Shown one piece after another: positions 10,056-18,496 of a stretch of DNA of 64,000 nt. Within the stretch, counting starts at the first letter, position 1. Each line of letters opens with the position of its first letter. A program made the translations under genes and the position numbers. Below the pieces are notes generated by a model. It did not search any database. It was given only the letters and a program-made list of their open reading frames with translations, and had not been told where the DNA came from. Location: positions 18,124-82,123 of the forward strand of contig JBIOUY010000027.1 in NCBI GenBank assembly GCA_044867445.1, in the 5' to 3' direction. Origin of the DNA: Gemmatimonadales bacterium (GTDB lineage: Bacteria; Gemmatimonadota; Gemmatimonadetes; Gemmatimonadales; GWC2-71-9).

Positions 10056-10748
10056 ATGAAACTCGTCCTCTTCGACATCGACGGTACCATCCTGCTCACC
10101 GCTGGAGCCGGTAGGCGTGCAATCACCGCCGCGCTCCGTAGTGAGGTGGGCGAGAACACCGCGTTCGAGCGGATCCGGTTCGATGGCAAGACCGATCCCC
10201 AGATCGTAGCCGAGATGCTCGAAGCCGCGGGGCAGCCGGTATCGCAAGATTCGGAGCTGGTGCGCTCGCTCTGTCGCCGCTATGTCCAGTTCCTCGCGGT
10301 GGAGCTGGAGCGCCCCAACAGCCGGACCACCCTGATGCCGGGTGTGCGCCCGCTGTTGGATCGCCTCGAAGCCGAGCCGAGCGTGGTCCTCGGATTGCTA
10401 ACCGGCAACGTCGCGGAAGGCGCGGCGCTCAAGCTGCGCTCGGGAGGACTGGATCCGGACCGTTTTCGCCTCGGCGCGTATGGCTCCGACGCCGGCCATC
10501 GGCATGAGCTCCCCGCTATCGCGGCGGAGCGAGCGGCACCGTTCTTCGGCCGGGTGCCGACCGGCGCCGAGATCGTCATCATCGGTGACACACCGGCGGA
10601 TATCGCCTGCGGCATGAGTGTAGCCGCTCGCGCGGTGGCTGTGGCGACCGGATCGTATTCCGTGGCCGACCTCATGGCTTGTTCTCCGCACGCCTTGTTC
10701 GAGGATCTGCGAGACACCGAGCGGGTGTTGCACGCGATTCTCCACTGA
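10056..10748 (+). CDS. HAD-superfamily hydrolase (phosphoglycolate phosphatase-like)
   Basis: N-terminal DxDGT motif (LFDIDGTIL) and C-terminal GD(T)xxD motif (IIGDTPADI). Confidence 0.8.
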   Translation: MKLVLFDIDGTILLTAGAGRRAITAALRSEVGENTAFERIRFDGKTDPQIVAEMLEAAGQPVSQDSELVRSLCRRYVQFLAVELERPNSRTTLMPGVRPLLDRLEAEPSVVLGLLTGNVAEGAALKLRSGGLDPDRFRLGAYGSDAGHRHELPAIAAERAAPFFGRVPTGAEIVIIGDTPADIACGMSVAARAVAVATGSYSVADLMACSPHALFEDLRDTERVLHAILH

Positions 10749-10751
10749 TCC

Positions 10752-11342
10752 ATGGCTCAGGAGCTCGAGCTCAAGGCCGTCGTCAGCGACCCGGCGCGGC
10801 TGCGGCAAGCACTGCTGACTGCCGGGGCGGTTCTCCAGTTCCAGGGAGAGATGAGCGACCGGCGCTTCGACCGCGGCGGTGAGCTGACCGCGCGAGATCA
10901 GGTCCTCCGGGTACGGAGCTATCATCACGCCGATGGTCGGGTCGACTCGACGCTGGGGTGGAAGGGCCCGGTGCGCCTCTCCCAGGGGTACAAAGAGCGT
11001 GAGGAGCTCGAGCTCCCGATTGCGAGCGAAGGCGACCCGCCCGAGGTCCTCCTGCGAGCGTTAGGGTACGAGGTGGTCCATGCGATCGATCGGCGGGTCG
11101 AGATCTATCGGCTCGACGCCGCCACCCTGCGGCTGGAGGCCTATCCTCGAATGGATCCGCTCCTCGAAGTCGAAGGCGAACCGGCAGCCATCGAACGTGC
11201 CATCCAGGCGACCGGAATCCCGCGCCGGGAATTCACTGCGGATGCGCTGACCGAGTTCGTTCTTCGATTCGAGAATCGAACCGGGCAGACCGCCGCGATT
11301 GCCTGGAACGAGAGCGCCGGCCCCAAGCCGTCCGTCCCCTGA
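10752..11342 (+). CDS. CYTH-domain protein (class IV adenylate cyclase / triphosphate tunnel metalloenzyme family)
   Basis: ExExK signature at the N-terminus (ELELK). About 195 aa, the typical CYTH size. Confidence 0.7.
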   Translation: MAQELELKAVVSDPARLRQALLTAGAVLQFQGEMSDRRFDRGGELTARDQVLRVRSYHHADGRVDSTLGWKGPVRLSQGYKEREELELPIASEGDPPEVLLRALGYEVVHAIDRRVEIYRLDAATLRLEAYPRMDPLLEVEGEPAAIERAIQATGIPRREFTADALTEFVLRFENRTGQTAAIAWNESAGPKPSVP

Positions 11343-12094
11343 TGCTGTCAGGCGACAGCGGCTCCGCCTGGGAGGTGCCTCAGCTCGGTCCGTCGCTCGG
11401 GCGACTGACCGACCCTCCATCGAAGGATCGGACCGGTATTCTGGGAGTCGCGCTGGACGATATCCGCCTCGATCTTGTGACCGGAGTGTTTGATCGGGCC
11501 GGCGCGGGTCGGTCCTTTATCGCCGCAGGCGACCGAGATGATGCGGTTGCCTCGCTCAACCGAGTAGCCTGGCTCGGTCTCTGGGAACGGGCCCTGGCCG
11601 CCGCCGCCGCTCGCATCGCCGAGGCGGCGAACGTGGGGTTCAACGACGCGGCGGTTGAGTCGCGGTTTCATCCTCGTCGGTTGCTGCCCCTTCTGCTTAC
11701 GCCTCAGGACACTCGCGCCATCGCCGCACGGCTGGGGAGTGGCGGTGCCACTTTCGTGGCTGCGCTGGATGTCCTGGAGCAAAGCGTACACGCATCCAGC
11801 CGGGGCGGGCGAACCCGGCTGGTGCAGGAGGAATGGCGGGGAGCGCTGCTGGCGGCTGCGCGGCGGCTGGAGTCGGCCTGGCTGGCACTGGAGGATGCCG
11901 CCCTGGCGGAGCAGCGGCGCTGGCAGGTGGAGATCGAGCTGGTGCGCGCTTGGCGCCGACCCGTATGGCCTATGTGGCTCCTTACTCTGGTATTGCTGTC
12001 CGCGGCAACCTACCTCGGCCTGGTTCTCGGTGGGATTGTCCCGGTGCCTCCTCCCCTCCGAGGCCTGGTGCTCTGGTGGTGGAACCGGCTGTGA
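11342..12094 (+). CDS. hypothetical protein with C-terminal transmembrane segments
   Basis: The start overlaps the upstream stop (TGATG) and the stop overlaps the acpS GTG. C-terminal hydrophobic stretch WPMWLLTLVLLSAATYLGLVLGGIV. No recognisable family. Confidence 0.55.
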   Translation: MLSGDSGSAWEVPQLGPSLGRLTDPPSKDRTGILGVALDDIRLDLVTGVFDRAGAGRSFIAAGDRDDAVASLNRVAWLGLWERALAAAAARIAEAANVGFNDAAVESRFHPRRLLPLLLTPQDTRAIAARLGSGGATFVAALDVLEQSVHASSRGGRTRLVQEEWRGALLAAARRLESAWLALEDAALAEQRRWQVEIELVRAWRRPVWPMWLLTLVLLSAATYLGLVLGGIVPVPPPLRGLVLWWWNRL

Positions 12095-12483
12095 GCGTGC
12101 TTGGCGTAGGCATCGATCTGGTAGACCTGGCTCGGGTAGCCCGGCTGCTGCAGGACAAGGGTGAGCAGGCCAGGATTCGGTTCTTCACCGAGGCTGAACG
12201 AGAATACCTCGACACTCGCCCCGATCCGACCGGGAACGCCGCGGCGCGGATCGCCGCCAAGGAAGCAGTGTATAAGGCGCTGCAATCGCTGCCGGGTGCG
12301 CGCGCCGTGGGGTGGCGGGAGATCGAAGTGGTTCGTGATGGGGAGGGACGGCCCGCCGTTCGGCTTCATGGACTCGCCGAGCGCCTGGCCCAGGAGCAGG
12401 GAGGACTTCGGATTCAGGTGTCGCTCACCCATTCGGCGACCACCGCCGGCGCCGTTGTGGTGGTGAGCGCCGGTCAGCCGTAG
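12091..12483 (+). CDS. acpS: holo-[acyl-carrier-protein] synthase
   Basis: VLGVGIDLVDLARV... and the EAVYKAL motif; about 130 aa. The GTG start overlaps the upstream stop (GTGA). The longer ORF-track version (11833) is an out-of-context extension. Confidence 0.8.
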   Translation: MSVLGVGIDLVDLARVARLLQDKGEQARIRFFTEAEREYLDTRPDPTGNAAARIAAKEAVYKALQSLPGARAVGWREIEVVRDGEGRPAVRLHGLAERLAQEQGGLRIQVSLTHSATTAGAVVVVSAGQP

Positions 12484-12744
12484 GCACTGCAACTGCGCAC
12501 TGCAACTGCGCACTGCAACTGCAACTGCGCACCACGGAGACACGGAAGACACGGAGATTGCACGGAACTGTAAGCGGGCTGCTTCTATTCTTTTGATAAG
12601 CTGAGGGTGCCTCTCCCCACCCCATCTTCTCATGTGAATGAGCCGGCGTGGCATTCCGTGCTGTCTTCGTGCTCTCCGTGTCTCCGTGGTGCGCAGTTAC
12701 AGTGCGCAGTTACGGTGCGCAGTTGCTTTGCCGAAGTGCGCAGC
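12484..12744. repeat. paired inverted tandem-array module B (compound: GCACTGCAACTGC-type plus ACACGGAG-type units)
   Basis: The left arm at 12484-12565 is (gcactgcaactgc)x3 followed by cacggagacacggaagacacggag. The right arm at 12656-12744 is ccgtgctgtcttcgtgctctccgtgtctccgtgg followed by (tgcgcagtta[c/a]ag)n, its reverse complement. A loop of about 90 nt with lower GC separates the arms. The module sits between the convergent acpS and kinase genes. Confidence 0.9.
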
Positions 12745-12755
12745 TTGATTGAGTC

Positions 12756-14567
12756 TTAGCCCAGCACCTCACGCACTTTGCGGGCGAGCACGTCGGAGGT
12801 GAACGGCTTGGGCAAGAAGGCGCCACCTTGCCCCACTCCCCGGGCGGCAAGCTCTCCATCGGAATATCCCGAGAGGAACAGGATGGGGACTTCCGGGTGC
12901 TCCCGGGCCATCTCCAGCGCCAATTCACTGCCGCCCATCTCCGGCATGACGATGTCGGTGATGACCAGATGGACCGGGCCGGCGTGTTCCGCCAGGCGAT
13001 CGAGGGCGTCGCGCCCGTGGCGGGCCTCGAGCACGGTGTAGCCCTGCTTCTCCAGCGCCTTGTTGGCAAAGACCCGCACGGCCTCCTCGTCCTCGACCAG
13101 CAGAATAGTCTCCGATCCCCGGGGCCCAGGCTCCTGATACAAGCGGGGTGATTGGTCGAGGCGCAATCCTTCAATCCTGGGCAGGAGGACCCGGAACGTG
13201 GCCCCGCACTGCGGGGCGCTCTCCACTTCGATGTGGCCACCCGCCTGCTTGACGATACCGTAGACGGTCGCCAGCCCAAGGCCGGTGCCCTGACCCGGTT
13301 CCTTGGTAGTGAAAAACGGGTCGAAGATCTTGCCCTGGATCGCGTGCTCGATCCCGCTGCCGGTGTCGGCGATGGTGAGCCGGATATAGGGCCCGGGCGG
13401 CAGGTCGGGGCCAACTCTCGGGTCGCTCTCGTTCAGAAATTCGTTGGCGGTCTGAACCAGGAGTCGGCCGCCCGCAGGCATCGCGTCACGGGCGTTCACC
13501 GCCAGGTTCATGATGACCTGCTCCAACTGTCGCGGATCGGCGTGCACGGCATCCAGCCCGGGGTCCAGGGAGCTTTCCAGGACGATGTCTTCGCCGAGTA
13601 GCCGGGGCAGCAGCCGCTCCATCTCCCGAATGACCCCGTTGAGATTCACCGGTTCCGGCTCCGCCACCTGCCTGCGACTGAAGGCCAGGATCTGGCGAGT
13701 GAGCGCCGCGGCCCGCTCCGACGCCTTGCGAATTTCCTCCAGGTCATCCCGGCGAGGGTCCGACGGTCCCAGGTCGTTCATCAGCAGGCTGGTATATCCC
13801 TGAATCGCGGTCAGCAGATTGTTGAAGTCATGGGCCACGCCGCCGGCGAATCGCCCGAGCGCTTCCATCTTTTGCGCCTGGCGGAGCTGTCCTTCGAGCC
13901 GCTCTCGCGCCGTGATGTCGCGCGCCGTGAGGATGACGTGCTCCTTCCCCGGCCAATCCCGGGGATGGTTCACCGTCGCTTCCAGGCTGCGCCACCCGCC
14001 ATCCGCGTGTCGAACGCGAAAGGCGATCGGCTCGCCGAAACCTGAGCGGCGAACGGTCGCCGCCAGGGCGAACCGTACGGCATCCACATCGCCGGGGTGA
14101 AGGAACCCCTCCAGGGGCTTTCGGGCGACCTGGTCTGGCGTCCATCCCAGCACATGGGGAAGGGAAGGGCTGGCGAAGCCGATCAACCAGCTCCGATCCA
14201 AGGTGAGGATGACGTCCGAGCCGTTCTCCAGCAGCATGCGGAACCAATCCTGGCGGTCGCGCAGGATATTGGTCCGGAGCCGCAGCTGTTGAGCCATCTG
14301 TCCAATTGCCGAGCCGAGGAGGGCAAAGTCATCGGTGCCCTCCAGCTCGATCGGCACGTCGAAGTCCCCGCCTGCGATGCGCCGGGTCGTACGGATGAGG
14401 GAGTGAGCTCGACGCGAGCGCTCACGCTCATACCAGACCCAAGCAATGAGGCAGAGCAGGAGAAATCCGGCGGTCCCGATGAGATACGTGTCGGGTCCGG
14501 CCGTCGTGGGGCCGGAATGGGAAGAAAAGGAAAACAGAGCCGGAACGGCTCTGAACGCAGCAGGCAT
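12756..14567 (-). CDS. hybrid sensor histidine kinase (TM-HAMP-PAS-HisKA-HATPase_c-REC)
   Basis: H-box AHDFNNLL, then N/G1/G2 boxes (NLAVNARDAM, DTGSGI, GTGLGL), then a C-terminal receiver (LLVEDEE...DIVMPEMGG). Start set at the ATG at 14567; upstream of it the ORF lacks coding character. Confidence 0.85.
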   Translation of the reverse strand: MPAAFRAVPALFSFSSHSGPTTAGPDTYLIGTAGFLLLCLIAWVWYERERSRRAHSLIRTTRRIAGGDFDVPIELEGTDDFALLGSAIGQMAQQLRLRTNILRDRQDWFRMLLENGSDVILTLDRSWLIGFASPSLPHVLGWTPDQVARKPLEGFLHPGDVDAVRFALAATVRRSGFGEPIAFRVRHADGGWRSLEATVNHPRDWPGKEHVILTARDITARERLEGQLRQAQKMEALGRFAGGVAHDFNNLLTAIQGYTSLLMNDLGPSDPRRDDLEEIRKASERAAALTRQILAFSRRQVAEPEPVNLNGVIREMERLLPRLLGEDIVLESSLDPGLDAVHADPRQLEQVIMNLAVNARDAMPAGGRLLVQTANEFLNESDPRVGPDLPPGPYIRLTIADTGSGIEHAIQGKIFDPFFTTKEPGQGTGLGLATVYGIVKQAGGHIEVESAPQCGATFRVLLPRIEGLRLDQSPRLYQEPGPRGSETILLVEDEEAVRVFANKALEKQGYTVLEARHGRDALDRLAEHAGPVHLVITDIVMPEMGGSELALEMAREHPEVPILFLSGYSDGELAARGVGQGGAFLPKPFTSDVLARKVREVLG

Positions 14568-14700
14568 GTGACGACAACGCCGAAAGAGCTGTAATTCCCG
14601 CGAAACATAGTTGATACCTGGTTTACAGTGTACAGTGCACCTCTTCCAATTCCGACTAGCGCACTCTAGTTTAGCAGCTGGTGACTCAAACAGAGTGAAA

Positions 14701-16809
14701 ATGATTCTCAACGGCTGGACGACACCCGTTCTCCTCTCTGCCCTTGTGGTGGCGCCTCCCCGCCAAGGCACGCAAGATCAGGCTCCCGTGGTTCGCCGGC
14801 TCGCCGCCACCGCCCAACTGGCGGCGCAGGAGTACCGGGTCGGCATCGCGAACGGAAAGGTGATCGCCCCGGCCGAGGTGCAGGAGGCGCGGCTGTTCCT
14901 CCGAGAGGCGCGCCGTTCCGCAGCCTTGCTGCCTCGCGCCGTGGGCGCTCCGGCCACGGCCCAGATCGATTCCCTGATGCAGCTGGTTGATCACACCGCC
15001 TCCCCCGACACCATCGCCGCCCGAGTTCTTGCATTCACCTCCGCGCTCTCCCGCCAGTCGGGAGTAACTCTGGACGAGCTGCCGGCCCAAACCCCTTCGC
15101 TCGCTCGAGGAGCCCAGATCTATCAGGGCAACTGTGCCGGTTGTCATGGCACGCTCGGTCGAGGAGATGGCCCCCAAGCGAGAGGTCTCGATCCCAAGCC
15201 GGCCAATCTTGCTGATTGGGTGGCTCTCCGCGACCAATCGCCACTGGATTATTTCCGGCGGGTGAGCATCGGGGTCGTGGGCACGGCAATGCCGGCGTTC
15301 GAGAGTCGGCTCTCACCGGAGGATCGCTGGGCGGTTGCGCTCTATGCTTCGGTGCTCCGTCTGCCCTCGCCGGCGGGAGAGGTGCCGCCCGGGCTCCAGG
15401 CATTCGCCACCAGCGGCAAGATGTCCGATCTCGAGCTGCTCCGAGCGCTCGGGGCTCGGGAAACGGGTGAGGCGGAGGCGCTCGCCCGCCTGGCCCGGGT
15501 TCGTACCGTGCAGGCCGATGCCGGCACCACGGCCACGGCTCAGACCTTCGATCGGGTACGGGCCCAGATCGAATCGACCTACGCGCTCGCCCGCACCGGC
15601 GATTCCTCCGCCAGCTCGCGCGCGTTCGACGCCTACATGACGTTCGAGCAGGTTGAGCGGCAGGTGCGGGCCAAGAACGCATCACTGGCCAGCGATCTCG
15701 AAGCCTCCTTTGCCAGCCTGCGTACCCGTGCGGCCGGTGGCGCCACCCCGGCAGAGCTCGAGACCATTCACCGGCAGTTGGTAGGCCAGCTGGAGAACGC
15801 CGAGCGGCTTCTGGCCGACGAGCTTTCCCCCATCAACCTCTTCGTGCAGTCATTCGTCATCCTAGTTCGCGAGGGGCTCGAAGCGATCCTCATTGTTGGC
15901 GCGCTGATGACCTTTCTCGCCAAGATGGGCGCAGCCAACCGCCGGCGGGACGTGCATATCGGTGTTGGGGCCGCGGTCGGTGCCAGCCTGCTCACCGCCA
16001 TCGCGCTGGAGACCATCTTCCAGCTCACCCCGGCCAAGCGCGAAGCCCTCGAGGGCGCCACCATGATGGTGGCGACGGTGGTGCTCTTCTATGTGAGCTA
16101 CTGGCTGCTTTCCAAGATGGAAGTGGCCAAGTGGAATCAATTCGTGAAGAGCAAGGTGCAGGACGCTCTGACCAGTGGCTCGGCGCTGGCGCTCGCATCC
16201 GCCGCGTTCCTGGCGGTGTACCGCGAGGGCTTCGAGACAGTGCTCTTTTACAAGGCGCTCTTCCTCTCGGGGGCGAGCGGCGGCGCCGTGCCGGTCGTTG
16301 TGGGGATCGTCCTCGGCTCGGTCGTGCTGGTAGCGGTGTACGTCGGCATCTATCGATTCGGAGTGCGGCTGCCGCTCAAGCCGTTCTTTGGCGTGACCAG
16401 CGCGTTCCTGTACTACATGGCCTTTGTTTTCGCCGGAAAGGGGATCGCCGAGCTCCAGGAAGGTGGGCTCATTTCTACCACCGTCCTCACCTGGGCGCCC
16501 CGGGTCCCACCGCTGGGTATTTATCCGACTGTCGAATCGTTGGCGGCTCAAGCCATCCTGCTGGCGCTCCTGCTGGTCGCATTGGCCTGGACCTTCCTCA
16601 TCCAGCCGCGCCGGGTCAGGGTGACATCGGTTCTGGTGCCGGAGCCCGGTGCCCGACCGGCCGGGCCCGGCGGCACAGTCCCGGCCTCCAGCCGCGGCCT
16701 GGAGCTCATCCGGTCGCTTGAGCGGATGGAAGCAGACCTGGCCGAGATCCGCGCCGAGGTTGAGCGGATGAAGCGGTATCTCTCCTCGGTCTCGACCCCG
16801 CCCAGGTAG
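14701..16809 (+). CDS. cytochrome c domain fused to an FTR1/EfeU-family high-affinity iron permease
   Basis: CAGCH heme-binding motif. Two RExxE iron-permease motifs (REGLEAIL, REGFETVL) sit in a polytopic membrane domain. Start set at the ATG at 14701. Confidence 0.8.
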   Translation: MILNGWTTPVLLSALVVAPPRQGTQDQAPVVRRLAATAQLAAQEYRVGIANGKVIAPAEVQEARLFLREARRSAALLPRAVGAPATAQIDSLMQLVDHTASPDTIAARVLAFTSALSRQSGVTLDELPAQTPSLARGAQIYQGNCAGCHGTLGRGDGPQARGLDPKPANLADWVALRDQSPLDYFRRVSIGVVGTAMPAFESRLSPEDRWAVALYASVLRLPSPAGEVPPGLQAFATSGKMSDLELLRALGARETGEAEALARLARVRTVQADAGTTATAQTFDRVRAQIESTYALARTGDSSASSRAFDAYMTFEQVERQVRAKNASLASDLEASFASLRTRAAGGATPAELETIHRQLVGQLENAERLLADELSPINLFVQSFVILVREGLEAILIVGALMTFLAKMGAANRRRDVHIGVGAAVGASLLTAIALETIFQLTPAKREALEGATMMVATVVLFYVSYWLLSKMEVAKWNQFVKSKVQDALTSGSALALASAAFLAVYREGFETVLFYKALFLSGASGGAVPVVVGIVLGSVVLVAVYVGIYRFGVRLPLKPFFGVTSAFLYYMAFVFAGKGIAELQEGGLISTTVLTWAPRVPPLGIYPTVESLAAQAILLALLLVALAWTFLIQPRRVRVTSVLVPEPGARPAGPGGTVPASSRGLELIRSLERMEADLAEIRAEVERMKRYLSSVSTPPR

Positions 16810-16823
16810 TCCTTCTCTCTACC

Positions 16824-17309
16824 GTGGCTTTCACCACTCCGGATCTCTGCGATGAGTTCGGTGCTGAGGTGCAGGTCGCCGATCCAGTGTTCCAGGATTT
16901 CGGCGGCGCCCGGCGGTTCGCCGGCGTCATCGAGACGGTGCGGGTGCAGGACGACAACGCCCTGGTTCGGGAAGTGCTGACCGGGGAGGGCCAGGGCAGA
17001 GTTCTGGTGGTCGACGGTGGGGCTTCGTTGCGCTGCGCCCTGCTCGGCGGGCGGCTGGCCGCACTGGCGCGGACTAACGGTTGGTCCGGTGTAATCGTGA
17101 ACGGCTGCATCCGTGACCGCTCGGAGATCGCAGCTACAGCAATCGGGGTCAAGGCGCTCCAGGTCTCGCCCCGTCGAAGCGGGAAGACCGGAGCTGGCGA
17201 GCGAAGTGTTCCGCTGCACTTCGCCGGGGTGACCCTCCGGTCTGGAGCCTACCTCTATGCCGACGAGGACGGTCTCATCGTGGCGGAACGGGATCTTTTG
17301 AAGTCCTGA
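16824..17309 (+). CDS. rraA: RraA-family protein (RNase E regulator / 4-hydroxy-4-methyl-2-oxoglutarate aldolase family)
   Basis: 161 aa. TPDLCDEF...VQV N-terminus and the GGxxxAxxG...NGWxGxxxxGxxRD pattern. Confidence 0.8.
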   Translation: MAFTTPDLCDEFGAEVQVADPVFQDFGGARRFAGVIETVRVQDDNALVREVLTGEGQGRVLVVDGGASLRCALLGGRLAALARTNGWSGVIVNGCIRDRSEIAATAIGVKALQVSPRRSGKTGAGERSVPLHFAGVTLRSGAYLYADEDGLIVAERDLLKS

Positions 17310-17326
17310 TTGGCCCAGCCCGGAAA

Positions 17327-17364
17327 ACGCAAACGGCCCGCCGGAATCGGCGAGCCGCTTGCGT
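17327..17364 (+). terminator. stable stem-loop downstream of rraA (possible terminator; no U-tract)
   Basis: acgcaaacggc/gccgcttgcgt outer stem plus cgccg/cggcg inner stem around a GAAT loop, about 15 bp with 2 mismatches. It begins 18 nt after the rraA stop. It is followed by AATGAGG, not a T-run. Confidence 0.3.
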
Positions 17365-17644
17365 AATGAGGTGGTAGATCGCCCCCTGAGTTTACGGAGA
17401 CAAGCCGAAGTGCCTGCTCCACCCTTCTTCGACCTACCACTTTTCGTATGAAGTCCTCTTCGACTTCCCGGCCTTGCTAGAAGCAAGCCCAGTGCCATTT
17501 CGCGCATGGGAGCTAAGTACATGCGCCTGCATGACTTGGTAGGAATGGCGGGTCAGTCGGAAGGGCGGATAAGTCGTCGAAGGAATGTACGTTTTTCGGG
17601 GCTTGCTGCCTAACGCCATACAGGGCAACTACTTACAATTCTGT

Positions 17645-18496
17645 TTAATTCTTTGACGACAAACCTTTCTTGCCAACTTCCAGATACCTCCCCGGCGCGG
17701 GGCTGCTTCCCGACCGCCATGCGCTCAGCAGGCCCGCGCCCAAGACCACCAGCAGGACGCTGGTGAGCTGCGCGAGCGTGAACGGGCCCAGAAAGCGATC
17801 GTCCTTGGCGCGCAGGATCTCGACCAGAAATCGCTCTGTCCCGGCGAGCACCAGGTAGAGGCCGAAGAGCCAGCCGATCGGGCGTTGCCGGGTACGAAGT
17901 CTCCAGAGAATGGCAAAGACCACCAGCATGGAGGCGGTCTCGTACAGTTGCGTAGGATGCACCGGCAGGACGATCGATGGGTCGGTCCCGGCCGGCACTC
18001 GGATGCCAAAGAGATTTTCCATGTTTCCCGCGGTCGAGGGAGGGAGTCCGCGGGGAAAGCGCACCGCCCAGGGCAAGCTGGTGGGTCTGCCGTAGTCGTC
18101 GTTCACCATGAAGCAGCCGACCCGGCCGAGCGCATAAGCTGCCGCCAGGGCGGGAGCATTGAGGTGCATGGTCCAGCGCAGCGGGACCCGCAAGCGCCAA
18201 CCATTCAGGATGACAGCGGCCGCCCCGCCGAGAAAGCCGCCGTAGTAGACCAGCCCGCCTCGTGACAGGAGAGTTCGGGGATCCCCGGTAAGCGCGACGT
18301 ACCACAGCTTGGCCCCGATGATGCCTCCGATGACCGCACCGGCAACGATGTCCGCCGCGTAGTCCTCGGCGAGTCCACGGCGGCGAAGCTCCAGCGCGAT
18401 CAGCCAGCCACCCATGAGAAAGGCGACCATCAGCATGATCCCGTAGCCGGTGATCTCGAGCTGGCCCAGATGGATGACGAACGGGTAGACGGTCAT
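17645..18496 (-). CDS. lgt: prolipoprotein diacylglyceryl transferase
   Basis: 283 aa polytopic membrane protein. The GYGIMLMVAF... N-terminus and the YGRPT region are typical of Lgt. Confidence 0.85.
   Translation of the reverse strand: MTVYPFVIHLGQLEITGYGIMLMVAFLMGGWLIALELRRRGLAEDYAADIVAGAVIGGIIGAKLWYVALTGDPRTLLSRGGLVYYGGFLGGAAAVILNGWRLRVPLRWTMHLNAPALAAAYALGRVGCFMVNDDYGRPTSLPWAVRFPRGLPPSTAGNMENLFGIRVPAGTDPSIVLPVHPTQLYETASMLVVFAILWRLRTRQRPIGWLFGLYLVLAGTERFLVEILRAKDDRFLGPFTLAQLTSVLLVVLGAGLLSAWRSGSSPAPGRYLEVGKKGLSSKN

Noticed and set aside
11263-11282. ttcgattcgagaatcgaacc as a tRNA T-arm or tRNA fragment.
   Set aside because: It lies inside the well-supported CYTH-domain CDS (..RFENRTGQ..). 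No acceptor or anticodon arms can be built around it.
17310-17644. Calling this region tmRNA (ssrA), RNase P RNA, SRP RNA or a tRNA.
   Set aside because: The tmRNA-like strings are isolated: an LAA-TAA ending, TTCGAC, and CTAAG..GTAGGAAT. I found no GGGG acceptor 5' end, T-arm (GGTTCGA-type) or CCA-proximal acceptor strand on either strand. The RNase P GGAAAGTCCGG core and the SRP GGAAGCAGCC core are both absent. A standard-length tmRNA would have to overlap lgt or rraA.
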